Source of the DNA: Cyanophora paradoxa CCMP329
Taxonomy: Eukaryota; Plantae; Glaucophyta
Direction of reading: 5' to 3'
Assembly (NCBI GenBank): GCA_004431415.1
Contig: QPMI01000408.1
Coordinates: 248,001 to 312,000, forward strand
Length of the DNA stretch: 64,000 nt
This document shows positions 11,212 through 22,657 of the stretch, piece after piece (the first letter of the stretch is position 1; every line of letters starts with the position of its first letter). A program made the translations under genes and the position numbers. The notes beneath the pieces are model-generated. The model worked only from the letters and a program-made list of their open reading frames with translations. It made no database searches and had not been told where the DNA came from.

Positions 11212-13405
11212 TCACCAGGAAAACTGGGAGGCGGGGCGCCCAGCGAACATGGAGCGGGCGGCGGCCTCGGCGCCGGGGTCGTGCCGGCGGCTGAGCGCGA
11301 ACGGGTTGTCCGGCCCCAGGCCCAGGTTGACCCTCACGGCGACCTCGGGGCGGAGTCCGTCCCGCAGTACCTGCCAAGCCATCAGACGTCGACGCGGGCG
11401 GGCGGGCGCGGGCGGGGGCCGCCGGGCGGGCGCGGCACCTCGTAGGGGCGGAGGTCGACGGGCGCGGGGGGCCGAATGTCCGCGCAGAGGCGCAGGTCCT
11501 CTAGGGCCGGCAGCGCGGCGATTGCCGCCGCCTCGGCCCCGGAGAGCGGCCGGTCCAGGCTCAGGAAGAGATGCGCGAGGGCCCGTTGCACGCCGGCGCC
11601 GCCGAGTAGGCTCGCCACGTCCTCGCCGGCCGGGCCGCGGGGGCTGGCCGCCTGGTTATGGGTAGGAACGCCTGTGCGCGAAGAAACACAGGCGGCCGCG
11701 GGTGAGATCTAGAGGGGTCGGGGCGCGCAGGCTGCAGCTGCGTGGGCGGGCGGGCGCGCTGGGCGCACTGAGGAGCCTCAGCTGCAGCCGCTCCAGGCGG
11801 GGCGCGCTGTAGATCGCATCCGCCAGGGCCCGCAGCGTCGCCCGCGTCCGGTCGGGGTCGGACGTCGCGGAGCAGAAGCTGACGATCAGGCGCGCCTCCC
11901 GCAGGCTCGCGAGGCGGCCGAAGGCCAGGGCGGCGGCGGCCGCGGACTCGCCGCCGAACTGCGAACGCGTCGGAGTTCTGATCAGCGTGGTCTGCGCGGC
12001 CAAACGCGAAATGGAGACTCTGGGCCCGGGGCGCGCACCCGCAGCGATCGGAAGGACTCGAGGCGCGGCATGCGCCCGAGCGCGCCCCACGCTGCCCCTC
12101 CCTCAGTCAAAAACTCGCGAACACGGACGAATAACGACGCTAAGAAACTAAGTACAAAGTGCCGCAGTGCGCTCAAGAACCTTCATCGGAGAGCCCGACA
12201 AAGCAGTAGCGGGCCTCGGGGGACAGCCGAGGAAACTCGCCCCTCCTGCGCCCCGAAGAAATCACCAAGTGAGAAAGGAAGCTAGGGGGAAGCGAGCTCG
12301 AATGCGCGCACCTGTAGGGCACGGCCGGCCACTCGCCCCTGACGAACGCGACGGCTGCGAGGCTGGCGCCGGCGGGCCCCTCGGCGAGCGCCGCGACGCC
12401 CTCGCTGACGCCGTCGCGGGTCGACATGCGCTCGTCGACGACGGTGAGCCGCTGCAGGTGCGCCAGGCGCGAGAGGGCGGCGAGCACGCCGCCGGCCGCC
12501 CGGAAGGACGGGGAGACGAGGAGGGCGCGGAGGAGCGGGCACGCGGCGGCGATGGCGGCCGCCGCCTTGGGGCAGCAGCCGTGCGAGTGCTCGAAGGAGA
12601 GGGTCAGGCTGCGGAGGGCGCCGAAGGGGGCGAGGGCGGCGCGCAGCTCGGCGGCGTCCGGCCAGGCCAGGAACCGCCCGGAGCGGCCGCGGTCCGCGAC
12701 CGTGAGGCCGACGCTGAGGCCCTCCAGGCCGCTGGCCGCCCCCTCAGGCGGCCGCAGCGCCTCCAGCACGCCGAGGAGGTAGGCACGGACGAAGTCCTTG
12801 TCGACTTGCCGCGAGTAGTCGCGCGACTCGGAAGCGTTGCCGCAGACCTCCACCGTGACCTCCCGCAGCTGCGCCGGGCCGCCGCTGCTGCCGCTGTGGC
12901 TGCGCGCGATGGCCGCGAGGAGCCTGCGCGCTGCTTCCAGCGTGCGCCGGTTGGCCAGCTCGCCCGCCTCCCAGCTTCTTCTTGAGTCGCCCTCGGTGTC
13001 CGCCACCTCAACAATCTCTGGCCTGAGCGTGACGCTCGCGCCCCCGCCGAGCCGCAGCTTACGCTTCTCGATCATCGCCGCTGCTGCCTCGTACGCGCTC
13101 TCGCCGCTCTGCGCATGCTCGCCACTCGCCGCCGCGCCCTTTAGCTCGAAGTTCGCCCACTCCGTCTCCTCGACCACCCGCCGCCACCGCCTGCAACCAA
13201 TTGCTTAGCTATAGCAAGCGTTAGCGATGACGAAGCGGCTGGCGCGCGCAGGCGCGCGGGCGGACCTGCACACGCCGCGCAGGGGCCAGCTCGTCCGCAA
13301 CCCAAGCGCCCTGAAGATGTCGCTCATGATCTCCTCTGGCAGCGCATCGAACGGTCCTGTCGCTTGCGGGCACGCGCTTGCGCGTGCGTCCCACTCTCCC
13401 GACAT
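11212..13405 (-). CDS. F-box / LRR (RNI-like) protein, copy A
   Basis: FDALPEEIMSDIFRALGLRTSWPLRGVCR|RWRRVV F-box; repeats such as LRSLTLSF, CPLLRALLV, LAHLQRLTV, LPALEDLRL. Confidence 0.8.
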
Positions 13406-13717
13406 TGATGTACGAGCGGCTGGATCTCCGGCGCTCACTCATCAGCTGCAGCGCGCAATCAGTGCGATTATATCGCAGCAGCATGCGCAGCGCACCCTCG
13501 AAGCCAGCTGTACATGTGAGACTCGACAGTCTCGACACGAGGGGGTACACGGCCCCACGATCAGACGCGACGGATAGCGCCAGCTCGATCTGGTTTCAAG
13601 CGCCGCGCATCTATAGCTACCAGAACTCTGCAGGCACTTGTACGTGCGTGGGCTTCGCCCTTGCATTCGACGACCACTGCGCGCTGCGAGCTAATCGTGA
13701 GACTCGCAGCCTCATAG

Positions 13718-15873
13718 ATGTCCGGCGCCGGCCCGTCGGGAGAACGGCCCGGGAAGCGGGCCCGAGTCGAAGGAGAAGCAGTGGCCACGCCCCCGCAAGC
13801 GACGGGAGTGTTCGATGCGCTGCCGGATGCCGTCATGAGCGACGTCTTCAAGCAGCTCGGGCTGCGGGAGAGCTGGCCCCTGCGCGGCGTGTGTAGGTTC
13901 GCAGCCGCACGCGTACGCCTCGCTCGCCCCAGCCGCTGCGGTAGCGCTGGAAATCTTCCGGCGCTGTACATGTAGCTAAGCATTTGGTGGCGCAGGCGGT
14001 GGCGGCGGGTGGTCGAGGAGACGGAATGGGCGAGCTTCGAGCTGACAGGTGCGGCGGCGAGCGGCGAGCAGAGCGGCGAGAGCGTGTACGAAGCAGCGTC
14101 GGCGCTGTTCGAGAAGCGGACACTGCGGCTCGGCGGGGGCGCGAGTGTCACGCTCAGGCCGCAGCTTGCCGAATGTGCTGATCCCGATATCGGCACCGTC
14201 GGCGGCAACGTTAACAGCGAGCAGCAGGTGTCTGCAGCCGTGAAGAGCCACCGGCATAGCGTGTCGGCAGTGTGCAAGCTTCTCGGAGCCATCGCGCGCA
14301 GCCACGGCGGCAGCGGCCAGCTGCGGGAGGTGGTCGTCGAGCTTCGAGAGCCGGAGTATGTCGTCGCCGATCTCGTGGGAGTAGGGACGGTGAGCCTCCT
14401 GACCATCCACTTCCTCCGCGAATACCTTCTCGGCGTGCTGGAGGCGCTGCGGCCGCTTGGCGGCACGGCCAGCGGCCTGGAGGGACTCAGCATCGGCCTC
14501 ACGAGGCGCGAGCACGCGCACGGGCGGCCTCCCCCGCAGAACTCCTCGTGGATCGAGTGGCCAGACGCCGCCGAGCTGCGCGCCGCCCTCGCCCCCTTCG
14601 GCGCCCTCCGCTCGCTCGCGCTCTCCTTCAACATCGTGGACGAGGGCGTCGGCCCGGAGGCCGCGGCGGCCATCGCGGTCGCGTGCCCGCTCCTGCGCTC
14701 CGTGTCCCTGCGCCCGCGCCCCGACTCGATCCCGGCGGTCGTGGCGGCATTCGCGCCCCTGGCGCGCCTGCAGCGGCTGGTTGCGATGCTGGACGAGGCC
14801 GTGCTGGGGCCCGACTTCACGGCGCACAGGGGCGCCTGGGACGGCCTCGGAACGCTCGCCGACGGCGCCGCGGGCCGGAGCCTCCGCAGCTTCGCCTTCG
14901 TCCGTATGCTGGGGCTCTTCGAGTGAGTGAGCGCGAGCGCGAGCGCGTCGCCCTGCACCTGCACGAGCTGCGCCGCCCCGTGCTTTCCTCAAAGGGGGCC
15001 GGCCGGGCAGGCAGGGCCGCTTCCCGGAGCTCTCGGAGGGCCGCCGGGGTATGAGGTTCCTCGCCATCCCCGAGGCCGCCCTCGCGGCGCTGGCGCGCAT
15101 GCCGAACATCGAGTCCGTCGAGCCGCTGCGGGTGCCCGGCCCATGCCACTCGTAAGGGCCTCGCTGACGACGGCCCGATCGATTCCCCGCCAGTTCGGGG
15201 GCATACGCGGCGCGAACTTCGAGCGGATCGCGGCCCTGGGGCGCGTGGCGAGCCTGCGGGACGTCTCCGTGCACCTCGATTTCGGGAGAGAGGCTGTGGG
15301 AGAGGCCGCGGACCTCCTCCGCGCCACGGCCGAGGCGCTGGCCGGCCTCCCCCGCCTCCGCCTCAAGCTCACGCTGAGCAGTGCGGCCCGGGCCCGTCCG
15401 GATTCGAACCCGCGGCTCACTCGCGATCACGGCAGCGTTCCGCACGCCGGCCGAGCATGTCGCCCGGTTCCTCGAGAGCGCCGCCGTGCGGCGGGCCCTC
15501 GTCGAGCTCTCCCTGAGCGACTTCCGCCCCCCCGAGGAGGCCGTCGCGCGGGCGCTCGCCGCGCTGCCGGCCCTCCGCCGCCTCCGCCTGCACGCGCTCA
15601 TCGGCCCGGACGAGCCCCTCGGGCCCTTCGAGGTGTTCTACGCCCTCCCCCTTCCACTCCCCCCCCTCCCACTCACCCCCCCCCCCCCTCCCCCTGCAGG
15701 TCCTGCGGGACCTGCTCCTCGTCCCCCGCCCCGAGGTGCGGGTGGAGCTGGAGCTCGCCAGCGTCCTCGTCGACGTCCCCCTCGACGAAGACCGCGAGGC
15801 GGAGCTCAGCGCGCGGCTCGAGGAGCGCGAGGCCGCCATCCTCGCCCTGTTCCAAGGGCCCGCCTCGCTATAG
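13718..15873 (+). CDS. F-box / LRR (RNI-like) protein, copy B
   Basis: FDALPDAVMSDVFKQLGLRESWPLRGVCR|RWRRVVEETEWASFEL; collinear paralogue of copy A; stop TAG 15871-15873. Confidence 0.8.
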
Positions 15874-16024
15874 GGGGCGCGGCAGCCCTCGCGCCGCGCC
15901 GGCCCGCCCTAATTTCCAGCTCTACCTCTGCCCCCCTTCTTTCCCTTTCCGGCCCACCCGTCTCAAAAAACCGCGCTCGTCGTTAGACACCAGGGCCCGA
16001 ATGTGTACACCGCTGCCGGCCGGT

Positions 16025-19000
16025 CACTTGGGCGCCGGCGCCGCCTGCGGAGCGGGGGCGATCAAGGGTCCGCTGCGGGGCGGGGGTACAGGGTACAGGG
16101 CAGGGCAACGGACCTCGGGGGCGGAGGTGGAGTTGGAGGCGGCCGCCGGGGCCGGCGCCCGCGGCACCTGCGGGGGCGGTCAGGGCGAACGAAGGTTCGG
16201 GAGGGGGGGGAAGGGGAGGGGGGTACGCCGCGCCTTCTCGAGGAGGGCGCCGACCTTCTTTCCGTACTCGGAGGACTTGGCGGTGTTCAGCAGCTGCGCC
16301 GAGCCGGCCTGGAGCGCTGTGAGGCGCAGGCAAAGACGGGGGGTAGGCGGACGGCAGAAGCAATGGCGTACCCTGGCGGAGGCGAGGGCGACGCCGCGTG
16401 CGGTCTCGGAGCGGAAGACGAAGGCGGCGGCGGCGGCGGCGGCGACGGCGAGGAAGAGGAGCGGGTTGCGGAGGAGCCAGAGGATCTCGTCGGCGCCGAA
16501 GAGCAGCAGGAGCCCGAAGACCCACAGGGGCACCCCGCGGAGGGCGGCCAGCGGGTCGGCGAGCGCCCGGTGGGCCTCCTGGAAGCTCGCCTCTGCGTCC
16601 CGCAGGAACCGCTCCCGCAGCGCCGCCCGCGCCTCCGGCTTGATCAGGTGCAGGCCGGCCTCGGCCCCGGCGTACGGGTCCGAGTCAGGGACGGCGGCGA
16701 GGTCGGCGGGGCCGGCGGCGCCGGCAGGGCCCGCCGGCGTGTCGGGGCCCTCCTCGGGCTTCTCGTCGGCCTCCTTCTCGAGGCGGAGGACGCAGAAGAG
16801 GTCCAGCATCTCCAGCGCCGCGCGGCGCGCGGGGACGAACGCCGCGTCCACGTCCGCGGGGCCCTTAAAGACGCGGGGAAGCTTCCTGTCGTCCTTGCGG
16901 AAGCGCTCCGCGAACCTAAAGAACATGGAATTGGCTTAAGATAGATAGACAGATAAGCTTGTGCCTTAGATAAGCACCGGCCGGCCATCTTGGAGAGGAA
17001 GACGTCGGGGGCGGCGACGGCGGCGACCTTGTCGCGGAGGGCGGACTCGGCGGCGGGGCCGAGCTCGGCGAGGGGTCCCTCGGCGGCCGCGCCGGAGACG
17101 CCGAGGCCCGTCAGGATGCTCGCCAGCGTCCCCCGCGACTTCTCCTGCGCCGACGCCACCACCTGCGCGGGGCAGCTCAGCGGAGGGGACGGAGCCAGCG
17201 GAGGCGTCTCGTCGAGGCGGGCGGACCTCGCGGAGGGCGCGCCACATGGTGCGCGGGTCGGCGCGCTCGAGCAGCGGCGCCGCCGCCTCCTGGATCCCCG
17301 TCGCCATCGCTTTCTGCGCCCAGGGGGTGAGACTCGCTTCTTCTTCTTCTTCTTTGAAGGGGGGTACGGCACCGTGACGTAGTCGACGGCGCGGCCGGCG
17401 AGCTTCTCGGCGGCGTCGCGGGCGCGGCCCTCCCCCGCCGCCTCCACCGCCGCCGCCGCCTCCTCCGCCCCGCTCCACGCCGCCCCGTCCACCGCGAGCT
17501 CTGCCGCCCCACGTCAGCCCGCCGGCCCTCCAAAGCTTAGATCTAATCTTCTACGCCGTTCTCCTTCTAGGGGACGGACCCTCGAGGGAGGCTGCGAGCT
17601 CCTCGCGGACGGCGCGGCGGGCCTCTGCGGCGCGGGCGCCGAAGCGGGCGAGGTCCGGCAGGCTCTTGGCGTCCACCTTGGCCGGCACCAGCGCGTCCAC
17701 GCGGGCCACGACCCCCCGCTGCGCCCGCTCCCGCAGCAGCGCCCCCTGCGGCTTCATGCACTTCGCCTCCACCTCCTGCAGCGCTGCGAACAAGGCTCTA
17801 AGAGCGAGGAGAAGGAGGGAGGAAGGGCGGCGGGGCACCCTTGGCGCGCAGGTCGGAGGCCACCTCCTCGAAGGCCCGTTTGGCGTACTGGTACTTCTGC
17901 GCCCCCGCCGCGTACTCCTTCGCCGCAGCCGCCAGCAGCTCGCCGGCGCGGGCGCCGGCCCCGGGCACGGGCTCGCCCCGCGCCGCCTCCTCAAACAGCG
18001 GCGCCGCCGCCGCGCGGAACGACTCCAGCGCCGCCTTGGCGATTTCGCCGCAGCGGAACTGGGCGACCATCTCCCGCTGCCCGGGCAGGTCCAGGTCCTT
18101 GTTCTCCCGGATCGCGTCCTGCGGGGGAACGTTTCGGGGCGCCGGGGGGGGGGTACGGGAAGCTGTGGGTGCGCACCCAGATGGAGCCGACGTAGTGCGA
18201 GAAGCCGTCGGCGGGTACCTCCTTCTTTTGGCGGCCCTTGAGGACGTACCCCGGATCCGAGCGGTCCGAGAACCTGCGGGCGTACCCGCTCAGAGGGCCG
18301 CCCGAGAGCCGCGGGGGGTACGTGACCCGCCTCTTCTTCAGGGACGCGATACCCTTCTCGAACGCCTCCTCCTCGTACACCTGCCGTCCACCACCTCGTG
18401 AGATGGGGGGCGGGGGAACAGCTTGGGGGGGTACGGCACCTTGTGGGGCAGGGAGACGAAGTCGAGGTCGAAGAAGTCGTCGACGGTGGACGACTCGAGG
18501 CCGGCCGGCTTCGAGAGGTTGCCCCAGATCGCCGCCAGGTCCTGTACCCGTGCCGGCTCGACAGGGGGCGGGGCTGGGGGAAGCGCGGGCCCGGGGTCGG
18601 GCGCTCGCCTTGCGGAGGATGCCCTCGAGCTCGGAGAGGGGCGGGCGGAGGTGGTCACGGATCACGAACATGAGCAGCTGCTTCCGGCCCCTGCGCGCAG
18701 CGGGGCGGTCGCGGGGCGGCCGGCCCGCGCGCGAGCGGGCGCCGCTGTGCGCACGAGGAGCGGTCGCGGTGGAAGAGGTGCAAATTGATCTCCAGAACGG
18801 TGCGGAGCAGGCCGTAGTTCGCGGCGTCGCGGCGGCCCACGTCCTGCGAGCGGGGCGCGGGCGGCGGTGAGCTGGCCGCGCGGTTGTGCGCGCAGGGGCG
18901 CGGGCGGCGCGAGCCTGGTTCCACATGTTGACCATGAGGACGTCGGCGATGGCGAGCGCGAAGAGCGCGATCTTGCGCTCGTACGCCTGCGGGGCGGGGC

Positions 19001-19576
19001 GGGAGCCGTTGGCGGCGGCGGCGGCGGCGGCGGCGGGCGCGGTTGCGGACTACGCCGGCCTCGCCGCGCTCGCGCGAGTCGGAGCCCTCGAGGTCCATAA
19101 CGATCGCCGAGGCGTCCGTCTTCGTGCCCGCCATCCACACGCCGCGGGTCGTCTGCGACCGCACATCCGGGTTCATCACCCGGAACTCCGTGCCGAAGAG
19201 CCTGTTCATGAGCGTGCCTGCGGCCGTGCGTTGGTGTACGTGAGCGCTGGCGCACTCGGCCGCGCCCGGCGCGGCGGCCGCCGGTCCCGGGCGGGCGCAC
19301 TCTTGCCGCCGCTCTGGCAACCCATGATGGCGAGGACGGAGAACTCGTCGCCGCGGTTGAGGATGCCAGCCAGCTGCAGGAACTCCTCCAGCCGCGGCCT
19401 GCGCCGGCGCTCAGCCGGGAAGACGCTCCGCGCGGGAGCACGAACGTGTAGGCGCCGTCGCTGTCGATGACATGCAGGTAAGGGCTCCCATCGGTGCCAG
19501 TGGAAATATGCTGCGGGTCCTCGTCCTCATTCGCAGGGTGGATGGGCGTGGGGCCCCTCGGCGAGGTAGCCGCCAT
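16025..19576 (-). CDS. SEY1: SEY1/RHD3 atlastin-like ER-fusion GTPase (3' end approximate)
   Basis: FSVLAIMGCQSGGK|STLMNRLFGTEFRVM..RSQTTRGVWM..VMDLEGSDSRERGE; DVGRRDAANYGLLRTVLEINL; LLMFVIRD; C-terminal hairpin VPLWVFGLLLLFGADEILWLLRNPLLF. Confidence 0.93.
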
Positions 19577-19626
19577 GGCGCGATTCTTCAGCAGTACCCG
19601 GGCCCGGTCCACTCCCCCCTGACAAG

Positions 19627-21877
19627 ATGGCGCAGGCCTTCCTTTCGGTCCGCCGACTCCCTCCTCGCGCGCTCTTCTCCGCGCTGAATCGCCGCAGCTG
19701 CTCCTTGGCGGTCCGGGACTCGCGGCCTCTGGTTCTGGTTGGAGCTCGAGCAGGTGCGTCCCCGCGGCTTTCCGCCACGCCACGGCCACCCCTCGGCGCG
19801 ACAGGAGCCCGCCAGCGCCGCCCCGAGGCGCCCGCTGAGGCCCGCGTGCGCCGGCACGCAGATTCTTGGGCGCACCCGAGAGCGAGCGGGACGCGTGGCG
19901 TCGGCGGAGGAGGAGATGCGTCCGGGGCGCGGTATCGCTTGAGCACGCCGGCGACGCGCCGGCCCCGGTGATCGAGGCCCGATCCGGCGGGGCGCGCGGC
20001 GGTCGCGGCGGCGGCAACAGCGGCGCGGGCGACGGGAGGCAGCCGCAGAAGCCCAAGTCTCAGGCGGGCAAGCTGTCGGACATCGCCGATCTCGCGAAGA
20101 GCAGCGGGAAGCAGCTGCGGCCCGCGAGCGCCAGCCCCACTGGATCGAATCCGAAGGCGGCGGCGGAGGCGCCGCCGCCGCGCAAGGCGAGCTTCGGCTA
20201 CGACAGCTTCGCGAACGCGCTGGACAGGCAGTTCCCTTCCGCCGGGCTCTCGGCGAGGGACCAGCTCGCGGCGGCCGAGGCGGAGGAGGCGGCGCTGCGT
20301 GCGCGCAAGGTCAAGCCGGGGCGGGGCGGCGCCGGCGCCGGCGCCGCGGCGCCGCCGCCGCCGGCGAAGGCGGGCGGGCAGCGGGCGCCGACGTCGCAGG
20401 CGGAGGTGTACAAGGAGTTCGCGGCGAAGCTCGGCACGCCGGCCTGGGACAAGCTCTCGGCCCTCAAGCCGGCCGTGGACGCCCAGGCGCTCCGCGCGGA
20501 GGCGGCGGCGGCGCAGGCGCAGGCGGCGGCCGCGGCGCAGGGCGGCGCGCGCCCGGCGCAGTCCGCTCCGGCGGGCCGGGGCAGCCCAAGTCGCAGCGGG
20601 AGCTGCTGGGGAAAGACCCGGCGGAGATGTACGAGGATTTCGCCCGCCACCTCCGGGGGTACGCCTTTCTTCGCGCTCGAGCCCTCCGATCGATCGAGTT
20701 TTATACGCTGACGGCCCGGCAGGGGCGGCCTTGAGAAGTTTCGGGTGACGAAGAGCATGAGCAAGCTGATCGGGCACCAGACGCGGGGGTACGCCGACCC
20801 CGGCGCCGAGAAGCGGGTGGCGGCCCCGGCGCCGGAGGCGCCCCGCACGGGCCGGGGGGCCCTCGCGCCTTCCGCCCTGGACCGGCCCTCCGGGAGCGGC
20901 GGGGGCAGCACGGGCGCCGCGGTCAAGAGCCTCCAGTTCCGGCGGCGGCACGGCTCGTCGGGCTCCGCCGGCTCCAGCGCGGGCGGCCAGCAGCGCCGGG
21001 GCCCGCTTTCCCCCCCCGGCATCCCCGCGAACCTCCCCCCCCGGGCCTTCCTCCGTACCCCCAGCCCCGAGCCCGAGGCGGGGGAGGGGGAGGGGGAGGA
21101 GGCGGGGATCGAGCCCATGGTCCTCCAGGACGAGGACTGGGTACCCCCGGCGGACGACCGGGACCCCGTACCCCCTCCTCCATCCCCCCGGGCGCAGGCC
21201 GCCTCCTCCCCGGCCCCGGCCCCCGCCCCGGTCCGCGACGGCCAGCGCGCCTGCGCCCCCGCCCGCCCGCCCTCGCTTACGCCTCGCAGGCCTCCTCCGC
21301 CCCCTCCTCCTCCCCCCCCTCCTCATCCGCCGGGCGGGGCCGGGTGGTGTGGAACCACAGCACGCACGTGCGCGGGCTCGTCGCCGTCCTCGAGGGCCTC
21401 GCCGCCGTCCCAGGCGTCTCCACCATCACCCCGGGTACGGCGCTGCTCCGTCTAAAGCTTGTACCCCCGCCTGGCCTGCCCGCCCGTCCGACCCTCGGCC
21501 TGGCAGGGGTGGTGGGGCGGGCGAAGAGCCGGCGGACGGAGGAGCTGGCGGTGCGCGTCTCGGTCTCCACGATGTCCGGCCACAAGCTCATCGCCCGCCG
21601 CGGCCGCCTCGTTCAAGAGGTAAGAGGGGGGGAGAGGGAAGGGGGGTAGAGAGAAGGGGTCTGCAGAGAGAGGGAGAAGGGGGCCAGAGGTGTGGCCAGC
21701 TTGCCTAGCCTGATGGCGTGCGCCGCCCCCGTCGTCCTCACGCCCTCGCCCCCGCAGGTGTTCGTGGTGACGAGCCTGGGGCGGGCGGAGCTGCAGGCGG
21801 CCGTCGACGCCGCCGCCGCCGCCGCCGCCGCCGCCAGCGCCGGCGGCGCCTCCGCCTTCTCCCACAAGGAGATCTAG
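19627..21877 (+). CDS. putative plastid-targeted protein with C-terminal DUF2103 domain
   Basis: Transit-like start MAQAFLSVRRLPPRALFS; C-terminus GRVVWNHSTHVRGLVAVLEGLAAVPGVSTITPG|VVGRAKS..LAVRVSV..GHKLIARRGRLVQE|VFVVT matches the cyanobacterial DUF2103 pattern. Confidence 0.75.
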
Positions 21878-22657
21878 CCACGTACCCCCGGCTCCGCGGT
21901 CGAAGAACTGAGCGGTCGGTCGTGCCGCTCCGGAAGCCGGGCGTGAGGGGTTGAGGGTCGGTGAGGGCCACGGGCACCGGTGGGCACCGGGGGGTGAGCG
22001 CCGGCACTGGCTGCCAGCCGCAGGCCCTTTGCCTCCGGATCCCCCTCCGTTGCGTAAAACCCCGCTCTCGTTTTGCGTCCTTCAAAGGAAGAGCGCGAGG
22101 ATCCGAAGACAAGGAGGGCCGGGGCACAGCGAATATATCAACTTCAGTACCAGCCGCCGCCGTGCACGTTGCCGTGGCGCCAGGCTCTTACTGTGCATCA
22201 TGGCATGCGGGCCGAGATGATGCGGCTGTCAGGCTATTTTTTGCGCATATGAAGAGAAAACACTGTGGGGAAAAAAGCGAAAACTATGATGAATCAGCGA
22301 AGTGGAAAAAAACTGTTTGGAAACTATGATGAATGATTTGCGGAAAGAATTGCCATGTTGCATGACTCATGATCAGCAGCATGAGCAGGCGAATATTGCA
22401 GCCGGAGCATTGCCTTATAATAGCGAATCATGATCAGTAGCTATAGTCACGACGGTGAGTCGTAGTAGTAGTAGTCAATGATAATAATGACTAGCAATGA
22501 TCTTGACCGGACCACAACTAGTACTGCAAATGAAGTTCTCGCCGCGGCCGCGGCTGGCGCCGGCCCGGGCGTGCGCATGCGCGCGCGTTCCTAGGCTTCG
22601 CTCGCCTTCGAGCTGGAGCGAGCTGCGCTCGGCTCCTGCTATAGCTAGCTGTCGCCC

